This document shows positions 1 to 7,974 of a stretch of 32,000 bases of DNA, one piece after another. Made by a program: the position numbers and the translations under genes. How positions within the stretch are numbered: the stretch's first letter is position 1; every line of letters starts with the position of its first letter. The stretch lies in the NCBI RefSeq assembly GCF_051201565.1, contig NZ_CP179200.1, forward strand, positions 840,001-872,000, read 5' to 3'. The DNA comes from Pseudothioglobus sp. nBUS_23 (GTDB taxonomy: Bacteria > Pseudomonadota > Gammaproteobacteria > PS1 > Pseudothioglobaceae). The notes beneath the pieces were generated by a model, which saw only the letters and a list, made by a program, of their open reading frames with translations, had not been told where the DNA came from and made no database searches.

Positions 1-573
1 GCCTACAAGCTTTCATCAAAGATCGATGACATTGATCTGAATCTGGAAGACTTCAAGCAGCGCGTCAACTCGGACCTTGTTGGTAAGGTAGTTAATATTG
101 CCTCAAGGAGTGCATCATTTGTGGTTAAGAAGTTTGACAAAGAGCTCTCTAAAGTTTGCTGTGAGCAAGAGCTCTATGATGAGTTTGTAGCTGCTAGCAG
201 CGAGATAGTAGGTCACTACGAAGATAGAAACTTTGGTCAGGCCATGCGCTCGATTATGAAGCTTGCGGATAAAGCAAACCAGTACATTGATGACAAGAAG
301 CCTTGGCAGCTCGCGAAAGAAGAAGGCAAGATGCAAGAGGTTCACGAGATTACCTCACTAGCAATTAACCTTTTCAGAGTGTTAATGACTTATCTAAAGC
401 CTGTACTCCCTGAGATGGCAGAGAAATCAGAAGTATTCCTAAATGTTGACTCTCTGAACTGGGATGACATGAAGAGTCCTCTTTTAGGGCACCAAATTAA
501 TAAATTTAAGCCGCTTATGACGCGCATAGAGGATGAACAGATAGAAGCAATGATAGAGTCCTCGAAAGGTTAA
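1..573 (+). CDS. metG: methionyl-tRNA synthetase, C-terminal part (5' end lies outside the window)
   Basis: Frame 1 is open from base 1 ([40 protein letters not shown]...) and continues into the 121..573 track ORF. The [13 protein letters not shown] and KPWQLAK motifs are typical of the MetRS anticodon-binding region. Stop TAA at 571-573. Confidence 0.85.
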   Translation, partial: AYKLSSKIDDIDLNLEDFKQRVNSDLVGKVVNIASRSASFVVKKFDKELSKVCCEQELYDEFVAASSEIVGHYEDRNFGQAMRSIMKLADKANQYIDDKKPWQLAKEEGKMQEVHEITSLAINLFRVLMTYLKPVLPEMAEKSEVFLNVDSLNWDDMKSPLLGHQINKFKPLMTRIEDEQIEAMIESSKG

Positions 574-586
574 AATCAAAAGTTTA

Positions 587-674
587 GGAGGGATGGCAGA
601 GTGGTCGATCGCGCACGCTTGGAAAGCGTGTAAACCTCACGGTTTCATGGGTTCGAATCCCATTCCCTCCACCA
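587..674 (+). tRNA. tRNA-Ser (anticodon GGA), class II with long variable arm, CCA encoded
   Basis: Acceptor stem GGAGGGA/TCCCTCC. Anticodon stem CACGC/GCGTG with loop TTGGAAA, giving anticodon GGA. Variable arm AAACC-TCAC-GGTTT. T arm ATGGG-TTCGAAT-CCCAT. Discriminator A followed by CCA at 672-674. Confidence 0.9.
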
Positions 675-720
675 CACTTTGATTTTCATAAAGAATCATA
701 ACGTATCATAATTAGCATTT

Positions 721-752
721 AAAGCCCTTTAAATAAGGGGTTTTATAATTTT
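721..752 (+). terminator. possible intrinsic terminator after the tRNA
   Basis: Short hairpin CCCTT-TAAAT-AAGGG (725-739) followed by GTTTTATAATTTTT. The stem is only 5 bp. Confidence 0.35.
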
Positions 753-781
753 TAGATTTTCATAACATCTCATAAATATTT

Positions 782-810
782 TTGACATCTTGTACTAAAG
801 TGAGTAGACT
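782..810 (+). promoter_or_regulatory. candidate sigma70 promoter for the integrase
   Basis: TTGACA (782-787), 17-bp spacer, TAGACT (805-810), about 50 nt upstream of the GTG start. The direct repeat GTGAGTAGA x2 (801-809, 814-822) overlaps it and could be an arm-type or operator site. Confidence 0.35.
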
Positions 811-858
811 TGTGAGTAGATTTGAAACACTCAAAAAAATACAAGGCTTCATCACACG

Positions 859-2070
859 GTGCTTACAGACACAAAAATACGAAATCTTAAGCGAAAAAAG
901 AAACTTTATCGAGTTGCTGATTCTCAAGGGCTTACTTTAGAAATTAATCCGAATGGATCAAAATTATGGAGACATCGCTATCGATTTAATAATCGAGCGA
1001 CGATGATGTCACTTGGACCTTATCCATTGGTCTCTCTTTTGGAGGCTCGTCAGGCTCGAAATAAGAACAAACAACTCCTCTTTAAGGGAATAAATCCAAA
1101 ACAAATTAAGGAGGAGCTTAATCCTCGAATTAGAGCTACCTTTGAAGATATGTTTCATAAGTGGATCAATAAAAATAAGAATCAGTGGAGCATAGGGTAT
1201 GTTGAAGACACCATACAACGATCAAACAACTACTTACTGCCTAAACTTGGTAATTTGCCTATCGAAGACATTAAGTCATCAGAAATAAGAAATTTACTGC
1301 TTAAGATTCAGGAGACAGGAAAGCTTGATATGCTCAAGAAGGTAAGAAGTATCTTGAATGGTATCTTTAAGTATTCAGTGGGTATGGATATTATCAAGAT
1401 TAATCCAGTAAGAGACTTGCCCAATGACATCTTTGAAAAGAAACTTGAAAAACACTATGCAACAATTACTGATCCTAAAGAGATTCCATGGCTTCTTGAT
1501 AAGTTAGAGCAGCATGAGGGGACTTATGAGGTAAGAGCAGCACTAGTTATTGCCCCCCATGTCTTTTTAAGACCAACAGAACTAACAGGCATGTTATGGA
1601 GCGAGATTGATTTTGATGATCATCTCATAAGAATTAACAAGGAACGAATGAAAACTAAAAAACCTCATCTGGTTCCTATGAGTCTTCAGGTGCTTAAGGC
1701 CCTTCAAAATTTAAGGAATGTAAATTTAGATAGTGACTATGTATTTCCAACAGATAGAAATAAAAATAAACCAATTACTCCTGACTCACTCAGACTGGCC
1801 TTAAGAAGGGTAGGTGTAGGTAAAGAGAAGATGACCCCTCATGGCTTTAGATCTATGGCTAGTACTAGGCTTAATGAACTAGGCTATAAAGATGACTTAA
1901 TAGAAATTCAGCTTTCACATCTACCAGCAAATAAAGTCAGAGCGGCATACAACCATGCTGAGTATTTAAATGAGCGAAGATTAATGATGCAAGAATGGTC
2001 AGATTATTTAGATAACCTTCAAAACAAAGAAGTAATTTCAACTTTGGCTTTTCAACAGAGTCTGTTTTGA
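859..2070 (+). CDS. int: tyrosine recombinase, P4-type phage integrase
   Basis: The N-terminus MLTDTKIRNLK...KLYRVADSQGLTLEINPNGSKLWRHRYRF is the classic P4-integrase arm-binding (DUF4102-type) domain. The C-terminal catalytic region has R (FLRPTEL), HGFRS and an RAAYNH..Y signature. GTG start. Positioned right next to the tRNA. Confidence 0.9.
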   Translation: MLTDTKIRNLKRKKKLYRVADSQGLTLEINPNGSKLWRHRYRFNNRATMMSLGPYPLVSLLEARQARNKNKQLLFKGINPKQIKEELNPRIRATFEDMFHKWINKNKNQWSIGYVEDTIQRSNNYLLPKLGNLPIEDIKSSEIRNLLLKIQETGKLDMLKKVRSILNGIFKYSVGMDIIKINPVRDLPNDIFEKKLEKHYATITDPKEIPWLLDKLEQHEGTYEVRAALVIAPHVFLRPTELTGMLWSEIDFDDHLIRINKERMKTKKPHLVPMSLQVLKALQNLRNVNLDSDYVFPTDRNKNKPITPDSLRLALRRVGVGKEKMTPHGFRSMASTRLNELGYKDDLIEIQLSHLPANKVRAAYNHAEYLNERRLMMQEWSDYLDNLQNKEVISTLAFQQSLF

Positions 2071-2095
2071 GCTAAATTTGAACTATAATTTTTAA

Positions 2096-3370
2096 ATGAT
2101 TAAAAATCTCAACAAGAAGCTTACTTTTATTGATTTATTTGCTGGATGTGGTGGACTTTCTTTGGGATTAGAGCAAGCGGGATTTTATCCTCTTTATGTG
2201 AATGAGCTAAACTCTGATGCTTTAGAAACTTACCTAATTAATAGAGATCAAGAATATCCTCATTTGCGTGAGAAATATCACTCAAAAGATATAAAAGAAG
2301 TTATTCTGAAAAAGGATTATTTTGATTCGCTTTTAAATGATCTGCAAGTCGATTTTAAACGTGACTTTAGAGAAAACTCAGTTGATTTGATAACTGGAGG
2401 TCCTCCTTGCCAAGGCTACTCTGCTTTAGGCATCAGAAGGTCTTATTCTGTAGACAAAAAACAGTTGCCATCTAATCATCTATATCAGGATATGGCCTAT
2501 TTTATTAGTCAGATTCAGCCTAAGATTTTTCTATTCGAAAACGTTCGGGGATTGTTAAATGCAAAATGGACTAAAGATGGAATGAAAGGTGAAATCTTCA
2601 AGGATGTATTTAAAACGTTTGATAGTTTATCTAATTACACAGTCAAGTTTAAATTAGTAAAAGCTAATGATTATGGCGTTCCGCAAAATAGACCCAGAGT
2701 TCTAATAATCGGGATTAGAAATGACTTTAATTTCAATTCAATGTCTGCTCTAGACGCATTAGAAGGAGGTTTACTTCCTGAGCCAACAAATGACTATCCT
2801 GACATAGAGGATCTATTATCTGATTTAGTTGATGACAATTTTGAATATGGCGGTGAGTCACTGTCATACAGAAAAGATCCATTAAATAGACTTCAGGAAA
2901 GTTACCGTACAAATATCCATTCAGGTGTCTTAATGAAAAAAGGGGATGAACTGACAGAAATGAAATACAGCAGACACTCGGATAAGGTAGTTGAAAAATT
3001 TAGTCATATGATCAAAAACCAGGGAAAGATACCAGAGCACCTTAAAACTAAAAAGTTTGCGCAGCGCGTACTTCCAAAAAAATGGGGAGATAATGGCCCT
3101 AAAATAACTGTGACCTCATTGCCTGATGATTTTGTTCATTATTCTCAAGCTAGAAGTCTGACTGTTCGTGAATGGGCAAGATTGCAAACTTTCCCTGATT
3201 GGTATAAGTTTGCTGGAAAAAGAACAACTGGTGGAATTAGAAGGGCGGGTAACCCCCGTGAATCTAACTTTGAAAGAGAGGTTCCAAGATATACCCAAAT
3301 AGGAAATGCAGTTCCTGTTAAGCTCGCTAGTGAGATTGGAAAACACTTTAGAAAGTTACTTCAAAATTAA
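2096..3370 (+). CDS. DNA (cytosine-5)-methyltransferase
   Basis: C5-MTase motifs I, IV, VI, VIII and X plus a motif IX-like block are present in order: I FIDLFAGCGGLSLG, IV GGPPCQGYS, VI ENVRGL, VIII QNRPRVLIIG, IX-like TVREWARLQTFPDWYKF, X TQIGNAVPVKLA. Confidence 0.92.
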   Translation: MIKNLNKKLTFIDLFAGCGGLSLGLEQAGFYPLYVNELNSDALETYLINRDQEYPHLREKYHSKDIKEVILKKDYFDSLLNDLQVDFKRDFRENSVDLITGGPPCQGYSALGIRRSYSVDKKQLPSNHLYQDMAYFISQIQPKIFLFENVRGLLNAKWTKDGMKGEIFKDVFKTFDSLSNYTVKFKLVKANDYGVPQNRPRVLIIGIRNDFNFNSMSALDALEGGLLPEPTNDYPDIEDLLSDLVDDNFEYGGESLSYRKDPLNRLQESYRTNIHSGVLMKKGDELTEMKYSRHSDKVVEKFSHMIKNQGKIPEHLKTKKFAQRVLPKKWGDNGPKITVTSLPDDFVHYSQARSLTVREWARLQTFPDWYKFAGKRTTGGIRRAGNPRESNFEREVPRYTQIGNAVPVKLASEIGKHFRKLLQN

Positions 3371-3455
3371 ACTATATTTAAATTAAGAAACATTCGATTG
3401 CAATATAATTTAGATAAACTAATTTATTTTGCTTAAAAATAAACTAATTAGGTCA

Positions 3456-5969
3456 ATGCACAACTTAAATACTGAATCACTTTTTCGAAAACAGATTGTT
3501 TCCAAATTAATTTCCATCAAAGGAAGTAATGCAAAAGGCCTTTATTATGGAAGTATTCCTATATCGAATGCAAGAGATAAGGCAAGATCAAAGATAAAAG
3601 AAGAAAACCCAGGGATTACTCTGAAAGAGCTCCGAGAGCGCACTAATGATCTAAATTTAACTTTTTCTGAGCGTCGAAATAGTAAAAAATATTTTCTTAA
3701 AGTGAATGAACAAAACCGAGCATTTGATGGTGAATTATCTTCGGAGCTTAATACCGAAGATGAAAATCTCTATGATTATATCTATGTTGATAATATTCGA
3801 ATAGAGAACCCAAAATTAATATCTCTTGTCTCTAGGCGGATTAGCAAAGAATCCACTAAGTATGTGCTGGGAAATAAAGAGTATGTTTTTAATTCTTATG
3901 ATAACTCTATAGAGTTTTTATTTACAATTTTGAAAATGTTAAATAAAACAGGCTATCTAATACTTACTAATCATGACCTGAAACATAGACCAACTGGCTT
4001 TCATTTCGATGAGGTATTCTTGGGGCTGCTTAACAAGCTTGGTTTTTATGTGAATGCATATTTTAAAAATCTAAATAGTAATTCTCGAAGCAGCAGAGCT
4101 TTCTATGCCTATATTATTTCTAAAAACAATCCAAATAGCCTAATTTATCTTGCTAATTTGGACTTTTCTTTCTCCTTTACTTATGATTCTCTTTCAAGTC
4201 CAAATTCTGAAGAATTTGACGTGTTAAGTTACTCAGAACCCACTGTTCCAAATGATATTTTTAGTAAGATGCAGAAAGGAGACTTTGAATATGGGGCTCT
4301 AGATGATGAGAGAGGGCCTCTAATTTATGTAGAGAAAGTATCAGAAAAATTTTTATCAGGTAAAGGGCGAGTAAGAGCATCTGATCTTTCAGAAATAATT
4401 GCAAATAAACTTGATTATTTAGATTTGAGTTCTTTAGATGCTAAAGTAGCAGTAAATGCAATTCGAAATGCTTTTTCTTATAATTCTATTCATCCAACTG
4501 GATTATTATATTTAAGGATTCAAACATCAAATTCTGACGACAATCAGTTTAAGAAATCTGCTGTTCTTGATGCTTTAAGGCGACACCCAAGGGTTGATGC
4601 CTATCATAGTTGCCCTGATGATTTAGGAGGAGCAAACGCCCTTTTCATACATATTAATAATGAATATGTTTGCCCATTTATTGCTAACTTTTTCCAAAAG
4701 CCATCTCAATTAGATGATGAAAATAAACTATCCGATGGATATTTTATGAGGCTAGAAGACTTTTATGGTTATGAACAATTAGAATCACTAGATAAGTCTG
4801 AAATAAATATCTTTCATAATTATGGCGAGGGATATAAGGAACACTCTTTAAAGGACTTGGTAAGTTTTAACCATGAAGATGATTTTCAAAATTTTGCACA
4901 AAAAGTAGATGAGTTATCTAGAAGAGAGACAAATACCTCTGGTCAGATTATTTGTGTACTTAGAACAAATAAAGATCGGTATGCAGATAAGATTGGGATA
5001 TGTGTTAACAAGCCTGAGGTTTTGTTTAAAGAAATTTTTGATGATAGGTCTGATGATTATTTATTTTATTATGTTAAAGATAGTTCTTTAGCTAAGTATA
5101 TAGAAATATTTTTGAATTCTGAGGTTGGGCGACAGTTGTATCGTTCAAATTTAAAGTTTAAAGGCAAAAACAAACTCCTTTCACCAAAAAATCTTGGCAA
5201 CCTAAAAATATTAATGCCTGAAAAAAATGAATTACTCGACTCAACAATTAAAGCTAATCAAAAAATCAATGAGCTTCTAAGAGAAGTTAATAATCTCAAT
5301 GAAAGCTTTATGAAGAATCCCAGATCCACAATAAATGAAAACATTTACAAGTTGGATGATATGCTTTCAGTCATTGGAAAACTAAATGATATTGACCAAG
5401 TTTATTCAATAATTCGAGGGGAAGAGGGTCCAGATAGAGAGTTTAAACAAACATTTCGATTGCCAGTAGGCGATATAAAGAAAAAAGAATTTGAAGTGAT
5501 GTCTTCTAGAATTAGCGCAGGTGTAATGAAGGTTATAAATTCATTCATTAATACTAATGGTGGGGACCTCTTGATTGGGGTTGAGGATGCAAATCATGAT
5601 ATTACTGGACTAAACCCTGAACTGAATCATTATTTTGGAGGGAAGGGTAGAACGCTTACTGAGCAGAAAGACAAGTTTACTATTGAATTTTCTCGTAAAT
5701 TAAATCAGGCATTCTTAGAGAAGTTTGTAAATGAAAATATTTCGTATAAGTTTGTTGATATAAAAGATGAGGTATGCGTATTTCATATAACTTGTAAGCC
5801 ATCAGATAAGCCTTGTATTATTCAAGAAACAAGCAAACTATTAAGTTTTTTAAACGGAAACTTTTTCAAGAGAAGTGGAAGTGAAAGCGTTCCATTAACT
5901 GGACAAGAGAAACAAGATTATATAGATGAACATTTTTATAATCAGGATCTTGACAAGAATACATTATGA
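3456..5969 (+). CDS. large multidomain protein with an HsdS-like target-recognition segment and a C-terminal AlbA_2/Schlafen-type domain; possible restriction or sensor partner of the methyltransferase
   Basis: 837 aa from ATG 3456; the track ORF starts at TTG 3429. The middle segment YYVKDSSLAKYIEIFLNSEVGRQLYRS...LGNLKILMPEKNELLDSTIKANQKINEL resembles the end of a type I/IIG specificity TRD. The C-terminal segment EGPDREFKQTF...INSFINTNGGDLLIGVEDANHDITGL matches the AlbA_2 (divergent AAA_4 / Schlafen-like) pattern. No clear nuclease or MTase catalytic motif was seen: NSYD sits where an NPPY/F motif might be expected. Confidence 0.7.
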   Translation: MHNLNTESLFRKQIVSKLISIKGSNAKGLYYGSIPISNARDKARSKIKEENPGITLKELRERTNDLNLTFSERRNSKKYFLKVNEQNRAFDGELSSELNTEDENLYDYIYVDNIRIENPKLISLVSRRISKESTKYVLGNKEYVFNSYDNSIEFLFTILKMLNKTGYLILTNHDLKHRPTGFHFDEVFLGLLNKLGFYVNAYFKNLNSNSRSSRAFYAYIISKNNPNSLIYLANLDFSFSFTYDSLSSPNSEEFDVLSYSEPTVPNDIFSKMQKGDFEYGALDDERGPLIYVEKVSEKFLSGKGRVRASDLSEIIANKLDYLDLSSLDAKVAVNAIRNAFSYNSIHPTGLLYLRIQTSNSDDNQFKKSAVLDALRRHPRVDAYHSCPDDLGGANALFIHINNEYVCPFIANFFQKPSQLDDENKLSDGYFMRLEDFYGYEQLESLDKSEINIFHNYGEGYKEHSLKDLVSFNHEDDFQNFAQKVDELSRRETNTSGQIICVLRTNKDRYADKIGICVNKPEVLFKEIFDDRSDDYLFYYVKDSSLAKYIEIFLNSEVGRQLYRSNLKFKGKNKLLSPKNLGNLKILMPEKNELLDSTIKANQKINELLREVNNLNESFMKNPRSTINENIYKLDDMLSVIGKLNDIDQVYSIIRGEEGPDREFKQTFRLPVGDIKKKEFEVMSSRISAGVMKVINSFINTNGGDLLIGVEDANHDITGLNPELNHYFGGKGRTLTEQKDKFTIEFSRKLNQAFLEKFVNENISYKFVDIKDEVCVFHITCKPSDKPCIIQETSKLLSFLNGNFFKRSGSESVPLTGQEKQDYIDEHFYNQDLDKNTL

Positions 5970-6021
5970 GTTGTAATTTATCTCTAAAGCATGTTATATA
6001 GGGGTTTAAGAGCTTTTGCAC

Positions 6022-6050
6022 TTGACTTTTAAGTCATAATGTTGTATAAT
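6022..6050 (+). promoter_or_regulatory. near-consensus sigma70 promoter
   Basis: TTGACT (6022-6027), exactly 17 bp, then TATAAT (6045-6050). About 150 nt of leader follows before the ATG at 6209, which has a GGAGG Shine-Dalgarno. Confidence 0.55.
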
Positions 6051-6208
6051 ATCACCCCTCAGAAACGCACAAATAATCCCTTCATCAAGTGAACTGGGAA
6101 TCGGCACGCTAAGCCACTAAATCAGTTTCTGTTGTCACACAATAAGCTTTTGGTTTTTATAACCAATCAATCATTTAACTACACCACTAGTTATCGGAGG
6201 AGAACTGT

Positions 6209-6760
6209 ATGCAGGCATATCTAACGGATGGAACACTACCCACCTATTTTGACAATGGCAAGAAATCAGGAGAAGTTACTTATAAAAATAGTAAACCTCA
6301 TGGATTATGGACGGAATGGTATGAGAGTGGACAATTAAAGTCAGAAAAAAGATATAAAGATGGAAAGCGTCATGGCAAATGGATTGGCTGGCATGAAAAT
6401 GGTTTGATGTTCAAAAAATCCTTTTATAAAGACGGTAAGGCTGAAGGCACTCACATGACTTGGAATAAGGATGGCACCCTAATAAGAAAATATATTTGGA
6501 AAGATAATAAGCTTGATGGGGAGCAAATACAATGGTATGACAATGGTCAAATGAGTCAAAAATCATTCTATCAATATAACAGGATAGAGGGAAAGAGAAT
6601 AGGTTGGTATGAAAACGGTCAAAAGCATTACGAGGACAATTATGAGGATGGTCTTCTAGATGGGTACAGCGTTACTTATCGCGAGAATGGAAGCAAGAGA
6701 AAAGAAGAGAACTACAAGCATGGCTTTTGCTTGGGTCGAACAAACCACGTGGAGGGTTAA
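6209..6760 (+). CDS. MORN-variant repeat protein (YwqK-family antitoxin/immunity-like)
   Basis: About 7 tandem ~23-aa repeats of the form Y-(K/E)-(D/N)-G-K-x-x-G-x-W-x-x-W-(Y/H)-E-N-G-Q, for example GLWTEWYESGQLKSEKRYKDGKRHGKWIGWHENG. Strong SD GGAGG upstream. Confidence 0.8.
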   Translation: MQAYLTDGTLPTYFDNGKKSGEVTYKNSKPHGLWTEWYESGQLKSEKRYKDGKRHGKWIGWHENGLMFKKSFYKDGKAEGTHMTWNKDGTLIRKYIWKDNKLDGEQIQWYDNGQMSQKSFYQYNRIEGKRIGWYENGQKHYEDNYEDGLLDGYSVTYRENGSKRKEENYKHGFCLGRTNHVEG

Positions 6761-6761
6761 T

Positions 6762-7376
6762 ATGACTACATTTAATTTAAATAAAATAGCCAATCTAAAA
6801 GAAGCAGATTATTCAAAAATCAGCTCAAGAGTCAAAGCATTTTGTTCAACTTTTGAGACCGCTCAAATACTCACAGAGATTGTTAAGGACGAGTTAGGTC
6901 ATGTAATTTTTAAAGCGCATGCTGTGGTCGATGGCACAATCAAAGGAACGGGCCATGCTCACGAAGTTGAAGGCTCAACTAATACAAACAACACATCTCA
7001 TTATGAGGTCTGTGAGACCATCGCTGTGGGTCGCGCATTGGCCTTTATAGGCTACTCAGAAACTGATACCTTGGCTTCTTATGAGGAGATTGAAAACTCT
7101 AAATTACAGGAGACTCAAGTCGCATTGCATAAGGAGACTTTAGGAGTTGCAGCGAATTACCTCTCAGTAATATTTAAAAAGGCTATTGAGGAGAGAAATG
7201 AAGAGAAAATAGCAGAGTGTCAAAGAGATATGCGTTTCAATGACGCTTTAAGACAGGCGGTGAACGTAACGTTGAATGATGGGCATAAAGATATTCTGAT
7301 TGAGCGCGGCAGACGCATACAGGAAGAGCGTAAATATGAAGCTAAAAAGCGTGTAACTAAAAAATTAAATGGTTGA
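6762..7376 (+). CDS. hypothetical protein (204 aa)
   Basis: ATG at 6762 lies 1 nt after the upstream stop, with GAGGG 6 nt upstream. The longer 6660 start would overlap the MORN gene by 100 nt. The segment CETIAVGRALAFIGY weakly recalls the conserved helix of Rad52/Sak-type annealing proteins, but this is unverified. Confidence 0.6.
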   Translation: MTTFNLNKIANLKEADYSKISSRVKAFCSTFETAQILTEIVKDELGHVIFKAHAVVDGTIKGTGHAHEVEGSTNTNNTSHYEVCETIAVGRALAFIGYSETDTLASYEEIENSKLQETQVALHKETLGVAANYLSVIFKKAIEERNEEKIAECQRDMRFNDALRQAVNVTLNDGHKDILIERGRRIQEERKYEAKKRVTKKLNG

Positions 7377-7451
7377 TACTTTAAGTCTAATGATTCTCAA
7401 AAGGGCTAAATGAAATGATAATATTATCCAATAGTTATTAAAGGAAACAAA

Positions 7452-7964
7452 GTGTCAAAGCAGTCTAAAAAAGAAGAAAATTCAGAGATATTTAAAAATA
7501 TCATGAAGAATCTAAAACCTTCTGGTGTATTGAATATAAAGGACGGCTCTGACACAACCTGGCTTAATGGGCCTGATTCCAAGAGGATGAAGGCTCTTCT
7601 TAATGATGGCATTACTTGGAAAGGTGCTGCGCCTGTTCCGGGGCCTAGTCCCTATAATTACAAAACTTCTCTTAATGGCTGCATTTTTAAGAATGAGTTA
7701 GATAATAAGGTTGATGGTATGGATTATGTTTTTGTTTCTAATCAGGGCTTTGTCTTACAAGGTCCTGAGTTAACTTTTAGTCATAAGCCAGAGGAGGTGG
7801 AAGATTTTAATCCAAATCTTTCAGTCAATGAGTTTGAGCCTAAATATGGTTATTATGAGGTAATTAAATTAAAGGCATACGTATTTCCTAGTGAAGATAA
7901 CCCTTACTATGGTTTCTATAAGAATGCTGATGTTGCTACTCTCTCTCGTTTTATAGTGTATTAA
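7452..7964 (+). CDS. hypothetical protein (170 aa)
   Basis: GTG start preceded by AAGGA at the right spacing. No recognisable motifs. Confidence 0.55.
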   Translation: MSKQSKKEENSEIFKNIMKNLKPSGVLNIKDGSDTTWLNGPDSKRMKALLNDGITWKGAAPVPGPSPYNYKTSLNGCIFKNELDNKVDGMDYVFVSNQGFVLQGPELTFSHKPEEVEDFNPNLSVNEFEPKYGYYEVIKLKAYVFPSEDNPYYGFYKNADVATLSRFIVY

Positions 7965-7974
7965 ATAAACAATT

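Noticed and set aside
115-345. 76-aa minus-strand ORF at the window start
   Set aside because: It is antisense to the clearly recognisable metG reading frame.
2096-3370. Calling the C5-MTase outright as DrmMII, which would make the locus a complete class 2 DISARM
   Set aside because: It is 17 kb away on the opposite strand, it has its own downstream partner gene, and no DrmC (PLD) is present. It is kept only as a hypothesis in the findings.
6660-6761. Upstream extension of the 6660..7376 track ORF, overlapping the MORN-repeat gene by 100 nt
   Set aside because: The internal ATG at 6762 follows the upstream stop by 1 nt and has a GAGGG SD. The extension lies out of frame within a well-supported repeat-protein gene.
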